The translations under genes and the position numbers were made by a program. The notes below the pieces were generated by a model that was not told where the DNA came from, ran no database searches, and was given only the letters and a program-made list of their open reading frames with translations. From assembly GCA_043753995.1 (NCBI GenBank), contig JAYUVP010000292.1, positions 1-25,174 of the forward strand: 25,174 nucleotides of DNA. The letters are read 5' to 3'. Source of the DNA: Fibrobacterota bacterium. GTDB lineage: Bacteria; Fibrobacterota; Fibrobacteria; UBA11236. Shown here one piece after another: positions 8,542 to 17,728 of this stretch. Every line of letters begins with the position of its first letter. The first letter of the stretch is position 1.

Positions 8542-10398
8542 TCATCGCCCTGAAACAGATTTCAAATAGGCCAGCCAACCGCCCCAAGCGGTGATGTCCA
8601 AGCTTTCCCGGCAGGGCTCGGCCTCGGCTAGAAAACCCAAGACCAGGTTGCCGTCGGCCAATTCTATCCACCCCAAACCCAAGGGCGGGCGTATGCGCAA
8701 TAGAAAAGCCCCTAGATTGGCCGCAGGCACTTGCCATATTTCCCCAGCCAGGTTTCCCATAGCGGAGGGGTCGCGCAAGACGCCGGGAAAGCGGCGCTCG
8801 CCGCGGACGAGCAGGCGCATGGCATAACCCGGTCCAGTGCGGGCTTCTCCGATGGGCTTGGCGTTGAGGCTTTCCAATTCATGCGCCAGGGGTTGGCCCG
8901 ACAAATGCAAGCCGAAAACCAAGATGGGTATTTCCTGGGTTACGGTATCTTTTGTGATACCCAGGGAGGTCGGCTCTTCGATGGCGGGAGGCAAAGGCCA
9001 TCGCCCCACGCCCACGCCAAGGCCGGTGGCGCGTTGCCAAGCTTCTGCAAGCTTTAACAAGGCGGTGTCGTGAAAAGCGGGGGCGACCAAGGTGATTCCG
9101 AATGGCAATCCCTTGGTGTCAAAACCGGCGGGAATGGCCACGGCGCAGAGGTCGAGTAGATTCACGAAATTGGTGAAGCGCCCCAAAACCGAATTTCGGG
9201 TGATAGGCTCTTCTTCGATTTGTACTAAGGTGAATACCGTGGGCAAGGTGGGCAAAAGCAAGGCATCGCATTCCGCGAAGATTTTTTGGCTGGCGCGGCG
9301 CAATTCCTGCAATCGCTGTTGTCCGCGAAATACTTCCGCGGCGCTACGCTGAGCACCAGGCGCTAGGATTTCGCGTAAGACGGGGAGCAAATGTTCCGAG
9401 TCGGTTTCAATGCGGTCGGCGATGGAGGCATAGCGTTCCGCTATCCAGGGTCCCTGATAGAGCAGTTTTGCGGCTTCGAGCAAAGGACCGATATCATGCT
9501 CTACCGTGCTTGCCCCTAAGCTTTGGGCTTGGGCAATGGATTTTTGGAATAGCTGGGAATAGTCGCGATTGCCTGAAAAGTCGAGTTGTCCGTCACGAGG
9601 CAAACCCAGGCGTAATTCCGACCAGGATTTTTGCGGAAGGGCTTCGGTAGGCTGTTGTCGCGACCAAGGATCCTCTTCGTCATAAGCCGCCGTAATACGT
9701 ATGACTTCCGCAGCGTCTTCGGCCGTCAGGCTGAAAACAGAAACGCAATCGAGGCTGGGGCAAGCGGGCAATAGCCCTCGAGTGCTGAGGAGTCCTCGCG
9801 TAGGCTTGAAGCCCAGAGTATTTCCGAGGGCGGCGGGAACGCGGCCCGATCCGGCGGTATCGGTGCCTAGGGCAAAGCTGCATAGACCCAGGGAAATGGC
9901 AAGCCCGGATCCAGAAGAGGATCCGCCAGCGATATATCTCGCGTCGAAGGCATTGCGGCAAAGGCCATAAGGACTTCTTACGCCTACTAATCCGGTGGCG
10001 AGCTGATCCATATTGGTCTTACCGAGGCATAGGGCCCCAGCATCAAGCAGGCGGCGTACCGTCTCGGCGCTGTTACCCGGCGTGAATTCCAAGGCGGGGC
10101 AAGCCGCGGTGGTGGGCATGCCCGCCACGTCGAGATTGTCTTTGACGACGAATGGAAACCCCAATAAAGGGTATTGCCGCCATGCTTCCGAACCCATGGC
10201 CAGCTTGTCTTGCAGGCTCTCGGCCAGGGCTAACAAGGACGGGGAATCGGCGCGGTGGATGAAAATAGCGGCAGGCGCATTTTCTATACGCCTCAATATT
10301 TCACGGACGACGTCCACGACGGTGAATGCTCCCGAGCAATATCCCGCGCGCAGGTTGGAAAAATGCAGGACCATAGTTTCCATCTCAGTTGTTGCCAT
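8542..10398 (-). CDS. atzF: Allophanate hydrolase (amidase-signature domain plus C-terminal AH domain)
   Basis: VKDNLDVAGMPTTAACP, GKTNMDQLATGLVGVRSPYG, GGSSSGS, GTDTAGSGRVPA (Ser-cisSer-Lys triad), LYQGPWIAER, TNFVNLLD; C-domain GLHLSGQPL...PPLGLG.IELADG..V.GFLAE. Confidence 0.93.
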   Translation of the reverse strand: MATTEMETMVLHFSNLRAGYCSGAFTVVDVVREILRRIENAPAAIFIHRADSPSLLALAESLQDKLAMGSEAWRQYPLLGFPFVVKDNLDVAGMPTTAACPALEFTPGNSAETVRRLLDAGALCLGKTNMDQLATGLVGVRSPYGLCRNAFDARYIAGGSSSGSGLAISLGLCSFALGTDTAGSGRVPAALGNTLGFKPTRGLLSTRGLLPACPSLDCVSVFSLTAEDAAEVIRITAAYDEEDPWSRQQPTEALPQKSWSELRLGLPRDGQLDFSGNRDYSQLFQKSIAQAQSLGASTVEHDIGPLLEAAKLLYQGPWIAERYASIADRIETDSEHLLPVLREILAPGAQRSAAEVFRGQQRLQELRRASQKIFAECDALLLPTLPTVFTLVQIEEEPITRNSVLGRFTNFVNLLDLCAVAIPAGFDTKGLPFGITLVAPAFHDTALLKLAEAWQRATGLGVGVGRWPLPPAIEEPTSLGITKDTVTQEIPILVFGLHLSGQPLAHELESLNAKPIGEARTGPGYAMRLLVRGERRFPGVLRDPSAMGNLAGEIWQVPAANLGAFLLRIRPPLGLGWIELADGNLVLGFLAEAEPCRESLDITAWGGWLAYLKSVSGR

Positions 10399-10450
10399 GA
10401 TAAGAAGTGTGAATTTAGGTGAAAGTTGAGGGAGAAATGGTCATCGACCT

Positions 10451-10468
10451 ATCCACCGTTTAGGGGAT
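10451..10468 (-). promoter_or_regulatory. Putative operator upstream of atzF (ATCCCCTAAACGGTGGAT)
   Basis: 14/18 identical to the box at 13226-13243; 22 nt upstream of a weak -10-like CAACTT (10423-10428). Confidence 0.6.
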
Positions 10469-10535
10469 TTTTGACAAAAGGAATTTTTTGGAGGGGGATT
10501 TTTCTCGCGGCATGCCCTTTGCGCTCTTTGCAGGC

Positions 10536-13178
10536 ATGATGAAACGATTGCCCCTACTGCCCAAGCGATTGATCCATCGCGAAACCGCCTTGCGCAAGCT
10601 TGGCGGCCTTAGCCAGCACTCTCTAAGCGTGGTTTGCGCTCCCGCCGGATATGGCAAGACCACCTTGGCCATTCAAATCGCCAATGGCCTGCGTATGCCC
10701 TTTCTTTACCTTGAGCTCGACGCGAAACATGGCCTGCCTGTGCGCTTTTATGGTGCGCTATTGCAGAGCTTAAGACAAATCTGGCCAGATTTCGCCTCCA
10801 GCTTGCCCTTGCCTGCCGAATCTTCGGCTTGGCCGGCACCGGAATTAATGCGAGAAGCCATTTTGGAAGACTTGTCAGATCGTGCTGAACACTTTGTGAC
10901 TTTCTTTGACGATTCCGCCCAAGACCGCGAAGGCTTGGCCCTGGCCAATCTCGCTGGCTTCTTAGAAGTTTTGCCTCCGCAGGTCCATGTGGTTTTGCTT
11001 TGCCGGGAAAAACCCAATTTGGCCCTTAGCCGATGGCGCCTCAAGGGACAGCTCCTGGAAATGGGCGCCGAAGATTTGTCTTTGAGTCGCGCGGAAACCG
11101 AGACCTTCATTCGCGAGGTGGCCAAGCTATCCCTTTCCGAAGCGGCGATTGATCAACTGTATAAGCTGAGCGAAGGCTGGGTGGCGGGATTGCAAATGCT
11201 GACCTTGCGCTTGCAAACCGAAACCGATCCTTCCACGGCTGTACTGCGCATGCAAGGCGATCATGCCTTTCTCTTCGAGTATTTGATGGACGAAGTACTG
11301 GGGCAATTGCCACCCGATCGCCGCGAGTTTTTGCTTTCGACTTCGGTGCTTCCCAAATTGGTGCCCGCCGCTTGCGACGCCGTCGCCGAGCGTTCCGACA
11401 GCGCGGTGGTGCTCGCCGAATTTGCCGAACGTAACGGATTTGTTACTCCCTGCGGAGGTGGGGCCTACCGTTATCACCGTCTTTTCGCCGATGGCCTGCA
11501 AGGTTTGCTGCGCCAACGACAACCCGGCTTGCTTCCTGCCTTGCATCGCCGCGCCGCGCGTTGGCATCTCCTGAACGGCGGCCTGGAAGAGGCTTTCGAT
11601 CAAGCCTTGAATGCGGGCGACGCGGATATGCTCGAAGCCCTGGCGGCACGTGCCTTGGAGAATATTTTCCGCAATGGCGATTTCGTCAGCCTGCAGCGGC
11701 ATGCCCCACGCATTCCGGAGGCCTTTTCGGAAGAACGGCCGACTTTGGCCTTATTTCTCGCCTGGGCTTTTTTCCATCTTGGTCGCGAAGAGGCGGGACG
11801 CCTGCACTTGGAGCGCGCGCAAAAATCCTTGCGCAATCAAAGTCAGCGTCGCGAAGAAGGCGGCGCGCCTCGACGTCTCTTGGCGCATGCCTCCTTGCTG
11901 CGAAGCTTATTGTTACGTCTCTCCGGGGATACCCCCCGCGCCATGCAGCTCGCCTATCGCGCTTGCATGCTCGCTCCTCCAGAGGATCGCTTCCTACGTG
12001 CCTCCTTGCAATTGCAAATCGGCATCGACGCCTTTCTCACAGGGCAACTTGATGTCGCGGTGGCGGCCTTTGAAGACGCCATGGAATTGGCCGATGCCAG
12101 CGAGCATCACCTGGCCTATTTCGGCGCGGGGTATTCCCTGGCCGAGATTTGGAGCTTGCAGGGAAGACTGGAACGCGTACAGCGCCTCACCCAAACTCTT
12201 GAGGATTATGGCCACCGCTCTCCGGCGCATGCAGGTCCAGCCGCGGGTTATGCCGCCCTTGCGCGTGCCCGGGCTTTGCTGATTCAGGGCCGTGTCGAGG
12301 AGGCCAAGGGCTTTTTGGAAGCAGGTCTTGCGCTTGGCCGACAAGGCGGCAATATCCGCATTTTGAATTATGGCTATGCGGCGCAAGCCATGGCCCTCGC
12401 CCAATTAGGACAAGCCCAAGCCGCCGTGCCCTTATTGCAACAAGCCGAGGCCTTTGCCCATCGTAATCGTATGCACTGGGCCATAGACCTCGACGACTTG
12501 GAAGCCATGCGATTAAGGTTGCGGCTTAGCCTCGGCGAGAAGGCCGACGCTTCGACATGGCTCTTGCGGTCCCGTCCTCGCTTACGCAAACCTTTGCTGT
12601 CTGATTGGGATTTAGCGCGAACCTCGGTCGAGGTGCTGCTTTACTTGGGCCGCTCCGCCGAGGCCTTGCCGGTATTGGACACTTGGAGTGTTTATCTGGA
12701 ACGTTTGGATTTGCGAGTGCCTATGGCGGAATGGTTGCTACTGCATGCGGCTGTCGAACAGGCGCGCGGGCGACGTGATCATGCTCGCGAAAAACTGATG
12801 GAAGGCTTGCAGGCTTGTTGTGAAATCGGGGCGCATGGTTTGCCCATGTCTCTGCGATCCTGGCTCAAGCCCATAGCCGATGCCTGTCCCCATGCCAATG
12901 GCTTATCTGCCGAAGTGGAAGGATTGCTCGATCGCTTGCAGCAGGACGCCGGGGAAATCTTGCCAGTTCCCGCTTTGGGCACCGACACCTTAAGCGAGAG
13001 GGAAGTCGAGGTGCTTCGCGCCATGCGCGAAGGCAAGTCAAATAAGGAAATCGCAGTCACCTTATTCGTCGCTCCCAGCACAGTGAAGACGCACTTGAAA
13101 AACATCTTTTCCAAAATGGGTGTGTCGAATCGCACGCGCGCGGTGACCTTGGCCGAGGCTTCGGGGCTATTGCGTTAA
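10536..13178 (+). CDS. MalT-like STAND ATPase / TPR / LuxR-HTH transcriptional activator
   Basis: Walker A APAGYGKTT, Walker B FFDD, GWVAGLQ, YLMDEVL, YRYHRLF, C-terminal LSEREVEVL...SNKEIA..LFVAPSTVKTHLKNIFSK; start uncertain (10488, 10512, 10536 or 10539). Confidence 0.92.
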   Translation: MMKRLPLLPKRLIHRETALRKLGGLSQHSLSVVCAPAGYGKTTLAIQIANGLRMPFLYLELDAKHGLPVRFYGALLQSLRQIWPDFASSLPLPAESSAWPAPELMREAILEDLSDRAEHFVTFFDDSAQDREGLALANLAGFLEVLPPQVHVVLLCREKPNLALSRWRLKGQLLEMGAEDLSLSRAETETFIREVAKLSLSEAAIDQLYKLSEGWVAGLQMLTLRLQTETDPSTAVLRMQGDHAFLFEYLMDEVLGQLPPDRREFLLSTSVLPKLVPAACDAVAERSDSAVVLAEFAERNGFVTPCGGGAYRYHRLFADGLQGLLRQRQPGLLPALHRRAARWHLLNGGLEEAFDQALNAGDADMLEALAARALENIFRNGDFVSLQRHAPRIPEAFSEERPTLALFLAWAFFHLGREEAGRLHLERAQKSLRNQSQRREEGGAPRRLLAHASLLRSLLLRLSGDTPRAMQLAYRACMLAPPEDRFLRASLQLQIGIDAFLTGQLDVAVAAFEDAMELADASEHHLAYFGAGYSLAEIWSLQGRLERVQRLTQTLEDYGHRSPAHAGPAAGYAALARARALLIQGRVEEAKGFLEAGLALGRQGGNIRILNYGYAAQAMALAQLGQAQAAVPLLQQAEAFAHRNRMHWAIDLDDLEAMRLRLRLSLGEKADASTWLLRSRPRLRKPLLSDWDLARTSVEVLLYLGRSAEALPVLDTWSVYLERLDLRVPMAEWLLLHAAVEQARGRRDHAREKLMEGLQACCEIGAHGLPMSLRSWLKPIADACPHANGLSAEVEGLLDRLQQDAGEILPVPALGTDTLSEREVEVLRAMREGKSNKEIAVTLFVAPSTVKTHLKNIFSKMGVSNRTRAVTLAEASGLLR

Positions 13179-13188
13179 AAAGAATGAC

Positions 13189-13218
13189 GACCCAGGTACT
13201 TTGCATGTTACCTGGGTC
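13189..13218 (+). terminator. Hairpin downstream of the regulator (possible terminator or processing stem)
   Basis: GACCCAGGTA-N10-TACCTGGGTC, a perfect 10-bp stem 10 nt after the stop; lacks a U-tract. Confidence 0.45.
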
Positions 13219-13225
13219 TCGCAAA

Positions 13226-13271
13226 ATCACCCAATCGGGGGATGGGTGAGGACGGTCACGCCAAGTAGAGT
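13226..13271 (+). promoter_or_regulatory. Activator-dependent promoter of the uptake/biuH operon: 18-bp box ATCACCCAATCGGGGGAT (13226-13243) plus -10 TAGAGT (13266-13271)
   Basis: Imperfect palindrome centred about -43 from the inferred start site; no consensus -35; matching box at atzF. Confidence 0.62.
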
Positions 13272-13325
13272 TTCAATCATAACGAGGACAGGCCCTCAGA
13301 GGGCCCCCAGCGATGAGGTGAAACC

Positions 13326-14108
13326 ATGATGCGACCGAACCCAGTCAACCTAGCCACCCTGAGCTTCGCCGCCCTTTTGGCCGCGACCGCGACGCATGCC
13401 GGAGGCTTTACCGCCGCCGACATCCAATTCCTATACGGAAAGGACTACGGCGATTTCGGAGGAACCGGTCCGGCAGGCAAAGAGGCCTTTCCCATGTGGA
13501 CTTTTGAGGTCGCCAATGGCTGGACCTACGGAGATAATTTTTTCTTTGTCGATTGGACCAATGGGCCTACCTATGACACCACCAAGACCAGCGCGGTAGC
13601 CGCCTACGGCGAATTGCATAGCCGCCTTTCCTTCAGCAAAATATCCGGAAGTCCAATCGCAATCGGTCCCTTCAGCGATTTTCTTTTGGCCGGTGAGGTG
13701 GATTACCTGGCTGATCCACGATTCCCCGCCTGGCCCACATACTGCTATGGCTTGGGCATCGATTTGAAAATTCCCGGCTTTGCATTTGCTTTCGTGAATT
13801 TTTTCGTGAGGGACGAATTGACGACCAAGGGCGTCAGCTTCCAGATCAACCCGGTCTGGATGGTTCCTTTCTCTTTCGGAGCATTGAAAGGCACTTTCGG
13901 TGGTTGGGTAGACATCATGACCGGCGAGGGTGACAATCAGGAATTCTGGTGGCAGGCCCAGCCCACCTTGCTCGTGGACGTCGGTAATTTCTGGGGCGCT
14001 CCCGGCAAGCTGCTTGTGGGCTGTGAGTACGAGTATTTCTCGAACTTTCTCGGCATCGATGTGGGCGACGTCAATCATCCCCAATTTTTGGCGCAGTGGA
14101 ATCTTTGA
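13326..14108 (+). CDS. Tsx-like outer-membrane small-solute (nucleoside-type) channel
   Basis: Signal peptide ending ATHA; IQFLYG, TFEVANGWTYGDNFFFVD, YGELHSRLS, QPTLLVDVG, GCEYEY; aromatic beta-strands; GAGGTG SD. Confidence 0.8.
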   Translation: MMRPNPVNLATLSFAALLAATATHAGGFTAADIQFLYGKDYGDFGGTGPAGKEAFPMWTFEVANGWTYGDNFFFVDWTNGPTYDTTKTSAVAAYGELHSRLSFSKISGSPIAIGPFSDFLLAGEVDYLADPRFPAWPTYCYGLGIDLKIPGFAFAFVNFFVRDELTTKGVSFQINPVWMVPFSFGALKGTFGGWVDIMTGEGDNQEFWWQAQPTLLVDVGNFWGAPGKLLVGCEYEYFSNFLGIDVGDVNHPQFLAQWNL

Positions 14109-14144
14109 TTCCATGGACCGCACGGTAGACACAGGCCGAATGCC

Positions 14145-15632
14145 ATGCACGTAAGAATGCAAGCGGTAAGCAAGCGATTCGGCGAGGTGCAAGCCAATGC
14201 CGATGTCACCTTGGACATACGGCCAGGTGAGGTGCTTGCTTTGCTAGGTGAGAACGGGGCTGGTAAAAGCACTCTGATGAAGGTGCTTTACGGCCTCTAT
14301 CCTCCAGACGGCGGGCGCATTTTGCTTGACGGCGTCGAAGTTTCCATCGATACGCCACGCGCAGCCATGGCGCGTGGGATTGGCATGGTCTTTCAGCAAT
14401 TCAACCTGATTCCCGCTTTGACTGTGCGTGAAAACCTGCTTTTGGCTCATCCTCTCACGCCTCCCATACTGCCCGCTCGCGGTCAGGAAATGGAAGCCTA
14501 TATCACCGCGCTACGCCTGCTTGCTCCCGACCTTGACATCGAAGCCGTTGTGGCCGATTTGGCGGCGGGTGAAATGCAGCTTATTGAATTGGCGAAGGTG
14601 CTGGCGCTCGATGCCAAGGTGGTCTTGTTAGACGAGCCGACTTCGGTGCTGACGCCGCATGAGGCGCGCAATCTTCATGGTCGGGTGCGTGCCTTGGCCG
14701 CCGAAGGGCGTGCGGTGGTGCTCATCACCCACAAATACGATGACGTACTTGCCTGCGCCGAACGTGTGGCTGTAATGCGTCATGGCCGTCTCGTCGACGA
14801 CTTGCCCGCCAAGGATCTCGATCCCGATAAGCTTGCCAATCTCATGGTCGGCCAAGGCAAGGTCAAAGCCGCCGATCGCGTTTTAGCTCCAGTAACACCC
14901 AAGCCACGGTTGGAATTGCGCGGACTCACCGCGGGTGACGCCTTCGGTTCCATTGAATCCATTCAATTGGCAGTGCGCGGGGGCGAAATTCTGGGCATAG
15001 CCGGCGTGTCGGGCAATGGCCAAAACGTTTTAGCCGAATGCGTCGCGGGCTTGCGTCTTGCGACCTCAGGCGAGGTGATCCTTGACGGCGAGAGCTTGCC
15101 GCCCTGCCCCAAAGGCTCCAAGGCGCGTCGTGGCATGGGTTATATCCCTGAGCGTCCTGCGCTCAATGGCGTAGTGGCTGGCCTGTCGGTGATGCAAAAT
15201 CTGCTGGTGCGCGATTTAAAAGCCTTGCCTTTCTTCCCCAAATGGGGAGAGGCCCGCAGTCGCGCGCAAGTGACGGTACATGAACATGACGTCCGCCCTC
15301 CCGACCCTGATCGCGCTGCCGGGGCTTTGTCGGGAGGCAATCTTCAGAAATTGGTGGCCGCCCGCGAATTGGGAGGTGAACTCGCCGCCGTGGTGGCATG
15401 CTATCCGACCATGGGCCTCGATGTCGCTGCCACGCAAGCCGTTTATCAACGCCTCTTTTCCCATGCTTCCAAGGGCGCCGCAGTTCTGTGGATATCCGAG
15501 GAGCTCGACGACTTATTGCGTTTCGCGCATCGCATTGCCGTGATTTTCCACGGTGAAATCGTCGGCATCGTCGATGCCGAAGGCGCCGATCGCAATCAAC
15601 TCGGTCGTTGGATGATGGGAGCCAAATCATGA
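14145..15632 (+). CDS. ABC importer ATPase, fused tandem NBD (CUT2 / NupA-YufO type)
   Basis: [18 protein letters not shown], second-domain GVSGNGQ and [14 protein letters not shown]. Confidence 0.93.
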   Translation: MHVRMQAVSKRFGEVQANADVTLDIRPGEVLALLGENGAGKSTLMKVLYGLYPPDGGRILLDGVEVSIDTPRAAMARGIGMVFQQFNLIPALTVRENLLLAHPLTPPILPARGQEMEAYITALRLLAPDLDIEAVVADLAAGEMQLIELAKVLALDAKVVLLDEPTSVLTPHEARNLHGRVRALAAEGRAVVLITHKYDDVLACAERVAVMRHGRLVDDLPAKDLDPDKLANLMVGQGKVKAADRVLAPVTPKPRLELRGLTAGDAFGSIESIQLAVRGGEILGIAGVSGNGQNVLAECVAGLRLATSGEVILDGESLPPCPKGSKARRGMGYIPERPALNGVVAGLSVMQNLLVRDLKALPFFPKWGEARSRAQVTVHEHDVRPPDPDRAAGALSGGNLQKLVAARELGGELAAVVACYPTMGLDVAATQAVYQRLFSHASKGAAVLWISEELDDLLRFAHRIAVIFHGEIVGIVDAEGADRNQLGRWMMGAKS

Positions 15633-16708
15633 TGTCCGAGGCGAAAGCCGTGGCGCTGAGCAAGTTTCCATGGCTCCAGGCCCTTCTTTCCGGAAGATTG
15701 GGCAAGGTCCTTCCGCCGCTCGCCTCGATATTTCTCTTCGCAGTATTGGCTGGGATTTTCTTTCTCCTGCTCGGTCACCAACCCTTCGGCTTGCTTTGGG
15801 AAATCCTAAAAGGCGCTTTCGGGGACGGGTATTCGATTTCAGAATCCTTGGTGAAGACCGCCCCCATCATTCTCTGTGCCTTAGCCACAGCGGTGCCAGC
15901 TCGCCTTGGGCTATTGTCCGTGGGTGCGAGCGGCCAATTCTATGCGGGAGCCATCGGTGGCACCTTCGTTGTTTTGCATGCCGGTTCCATGTCCACTTGG
16001 TTTTTGCTGCCCTTAATGTTGGTCGGGGCCATGATAGGCGGTGCCCTCTATGGAGCCATACCCGGTTTATTGCGTGCTCGCCTTGAGGTCAATGAAACCT
16101 TGGCGACTTTATTGCTTAACTATGTGGCCGCATTACTGGTGGACTTCGCGGTATATGGCCCCTGGCGCGATACCAGCAATCTCGGCTGGCCCGCTACGCC
16201 TCCTTTTCCCGACGCCGCAAGGTTGCCCACCTTTTTTGGCACCCGACTTCATGCCGGCTTATGCATCGGCATTGGCTTGGCATTCCTACTGCATGTGGCA
16301 TTAACTGGCACGCGCTGGGGACTCATGCTGCGCGTGATGAAAGGGCATCGAAAAGTCGCGCAATGGGCCGGTTTGAATGTGCCCAAGGCCTCGGTCCTTT
16401 TGATGGCCGTGGGTGGCGCCATGGCGGGCTTGGCGGGCATCAGTGAAACATCGGGTATTGAAGGTCGCTTGCAATCGGGCATTGCCGCCAATTATGGTCT
16501 TACCGGATTTCTCGTGGCATGGATGGCGCGTCAGCACTTCCTTAAAATTCTGCCCTATAGTTTGGCCATGGGCGCTTTATTGGCGGCCAGTGACACCCTG
16601 CAATTGTACGCCGAAATGCCCGCCGCGAGCGCGGTGGTTTTGCAAGCATTACTCTTTTTCGCCGTCTTCGTGTCGGGGCGGCTTTTTCCCGAGGCCAAGG
16701 CCGCCTGA
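15629..16708 (+). CDS. ABC importer permease (NupB/YufP type)
   Basis: Multiple TM helices, [32 protein letters not shown] overlap with the ATPase stop puts the start at 15629. Confidence 0.9.
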   Translation: MMSEAKAVALSKFPWLQALLSGRLGKVLPPLASIFLFAVLAGIFFLLLGHQPFGLLWEILKGAFGDGYSISESLVKTAPIILCALATAVPARLGLLSVGASGQFYAGAIGGTFVVLHAGSMSTWFLLPLMLVGAMIGGALYGAIPGLLRARLEVNETLATLLLNYVAALLVDFAVYGPWRDTSNLGWPATPPFPDAARLPTFFGTRLHAGLCIGIGLAFLLHVALTGTRWGLMLRVMKGHRKVAQWAGLNVPKASVLLMAVGGAMAGLAGISETSGIEGRLQSGIAANYGLTGFLVAWMARQHFLKILPYSLAMGALLAASDTLQLYAEMPAASAVVLQALLFFAVFVSGRLFPEAKAA

Positions 16709-16726
16709 GGCGGCAAGGGGTAACCT

Positions 16727-17653
16727 ATGGATGTCGGCGCCTTTTGCATTGGACTTGCCATTTCCGCCTTGCGTAGCGCCACGCCCTTGCTCTATGTGTT
16801 ATTGGGTGAAACCGTGACCGAAAGAGCAGGTGTCGTGAATTTGGGCGTCGAAGGGCAAATGCTGTCCGGCGCTCTCGTTGGCTTTGCCGTCACCGTTGAC
16901 AGCGGCCAACCATGGCTGGGATGCTTGGCGGGAGCCTTTGCAGGTGTTTTGCTTTCGGGCATTTATGCCTTGCTCTGCTTGGGCTTGCGCGCCAATATGT
17001 TTGCCAGCGGCATAGCGATTTGGATGCTCGGCGGTGGCCTCACCGGCTATTTCGGCATATCCTATGTCGGTCGAAAAATTGAGGGCTTTCCTGCCATGAC
17101 CTTTTTCGGTATGGAAAAAGTTCCCGTACTCGGCGCCGCTTTACAGCAAATCACACCGACGGTTTTACTTGGCCTTTTGATTTGGCCTCTCATCGGTTTT
17201 TGGCTTTATCGCACGCGGGCCGGTTTGCGCTTGCGAACGGTAGGCGAAAGCGCCGAAGCCGCTGCGAGCTTGGGTTTGGAGCCCATTCGCACGCGCCTGC
17301 GCGCCATTCTCGCGGGGGGCGCTCTGAGCGGGCTCGGGGGCGCAGCCCTCTCAGTCGATTATACCCGCAATTGGATAGAGTGGATGACAGCGGGTCGCGG
17401 CCTCATCGCGGTTGGCCTGGTGATAGCCGCGCGCTGGAACCCTTTTCTGGCCTTACCTGCGGCTCTGCTCTTTGGTGGCACCGAAGCCTTGACCTTGCGC
17501 TTGCAAGCCTTGGGCGTGCATGCTTCGCCTTACTTGCTTGCGACCATGCCTTATCTCGTCTGCCTCATCGTCCTCATCTGGGGTACGCGCCGGGCTCAGG
17601 GGCGCGGAGGCATGCCGCGGGACCTAGCAGCGGTCTTTGCCCGCACCGAGTAG
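16727..17653 (+). CDS. ABC importer permease (NupC/YufQ type)
   Basis: ATPLLYVLLGE..TERAGVVNLGVEGQML, RTRAGLRLRTVGE, AGRGLIAVGLVI. Confidence 0.92.
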   Translation: MDVGAFCIGLAISALRSATPLLYVLLGETVTERAGVVNLGVEGQMLSGALVGFAVTVDSGQPWLGCLAGAFAGVLLSGIYALLCLGLRANMFASGIAIWMLGGGLTGYFGISYVGRKIEGFPAMTFFGMEKVPVLGAALQQITPTVLLGLLIWPLIGFWLYRTRAGLRLRTVGESAEAAASLGLEPIRTRLRAILAGGALSGLGGAALSVDYTRNWIEWMTAGRGLIAVGLVIAARWNPFLALPAALLFGGTEALTLRLQALGVHASPYLLATMPYLVCLIVLIWGTRRAQGRGGMPRDLAAVFARTE

Positions 17654-17728
17654 GGAATTGCCGACCGTATCCGTCATGTTACTCTAAGTTTTGTTTTTAA
17701 CCCAAGTCACCCTTTCAGGAGGTAATTC

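Noticed and set aside
8542..10398. GatA or part of a urea amidolyase
   Set aside because: It has the DQLATGLVG.RSPYG motif and the AH C-domain, and no gatB/gatC or urea carboxylase is adjacent
10471..10500. TTGACA as the -35 of the regulator promoter
   Set aside because: No TAnnnT hexamer 16-18 nt downstream
13275..13325. Possible guanidine or purine riboswitch in the operon leader (GGCCCTC-A-GAGGGCC at 13291-13305)
   Set aside because: Only one short hairpin, with no twin ACGR loops or other conserved aptamer core; the leader is about 50 nt
13431..14192. 253-aa antisense ORF over the Tsx-like gene, and other overlapping short ORFs in the track
   Set aside because: They overlap well-supported genes and are expected at this GC content
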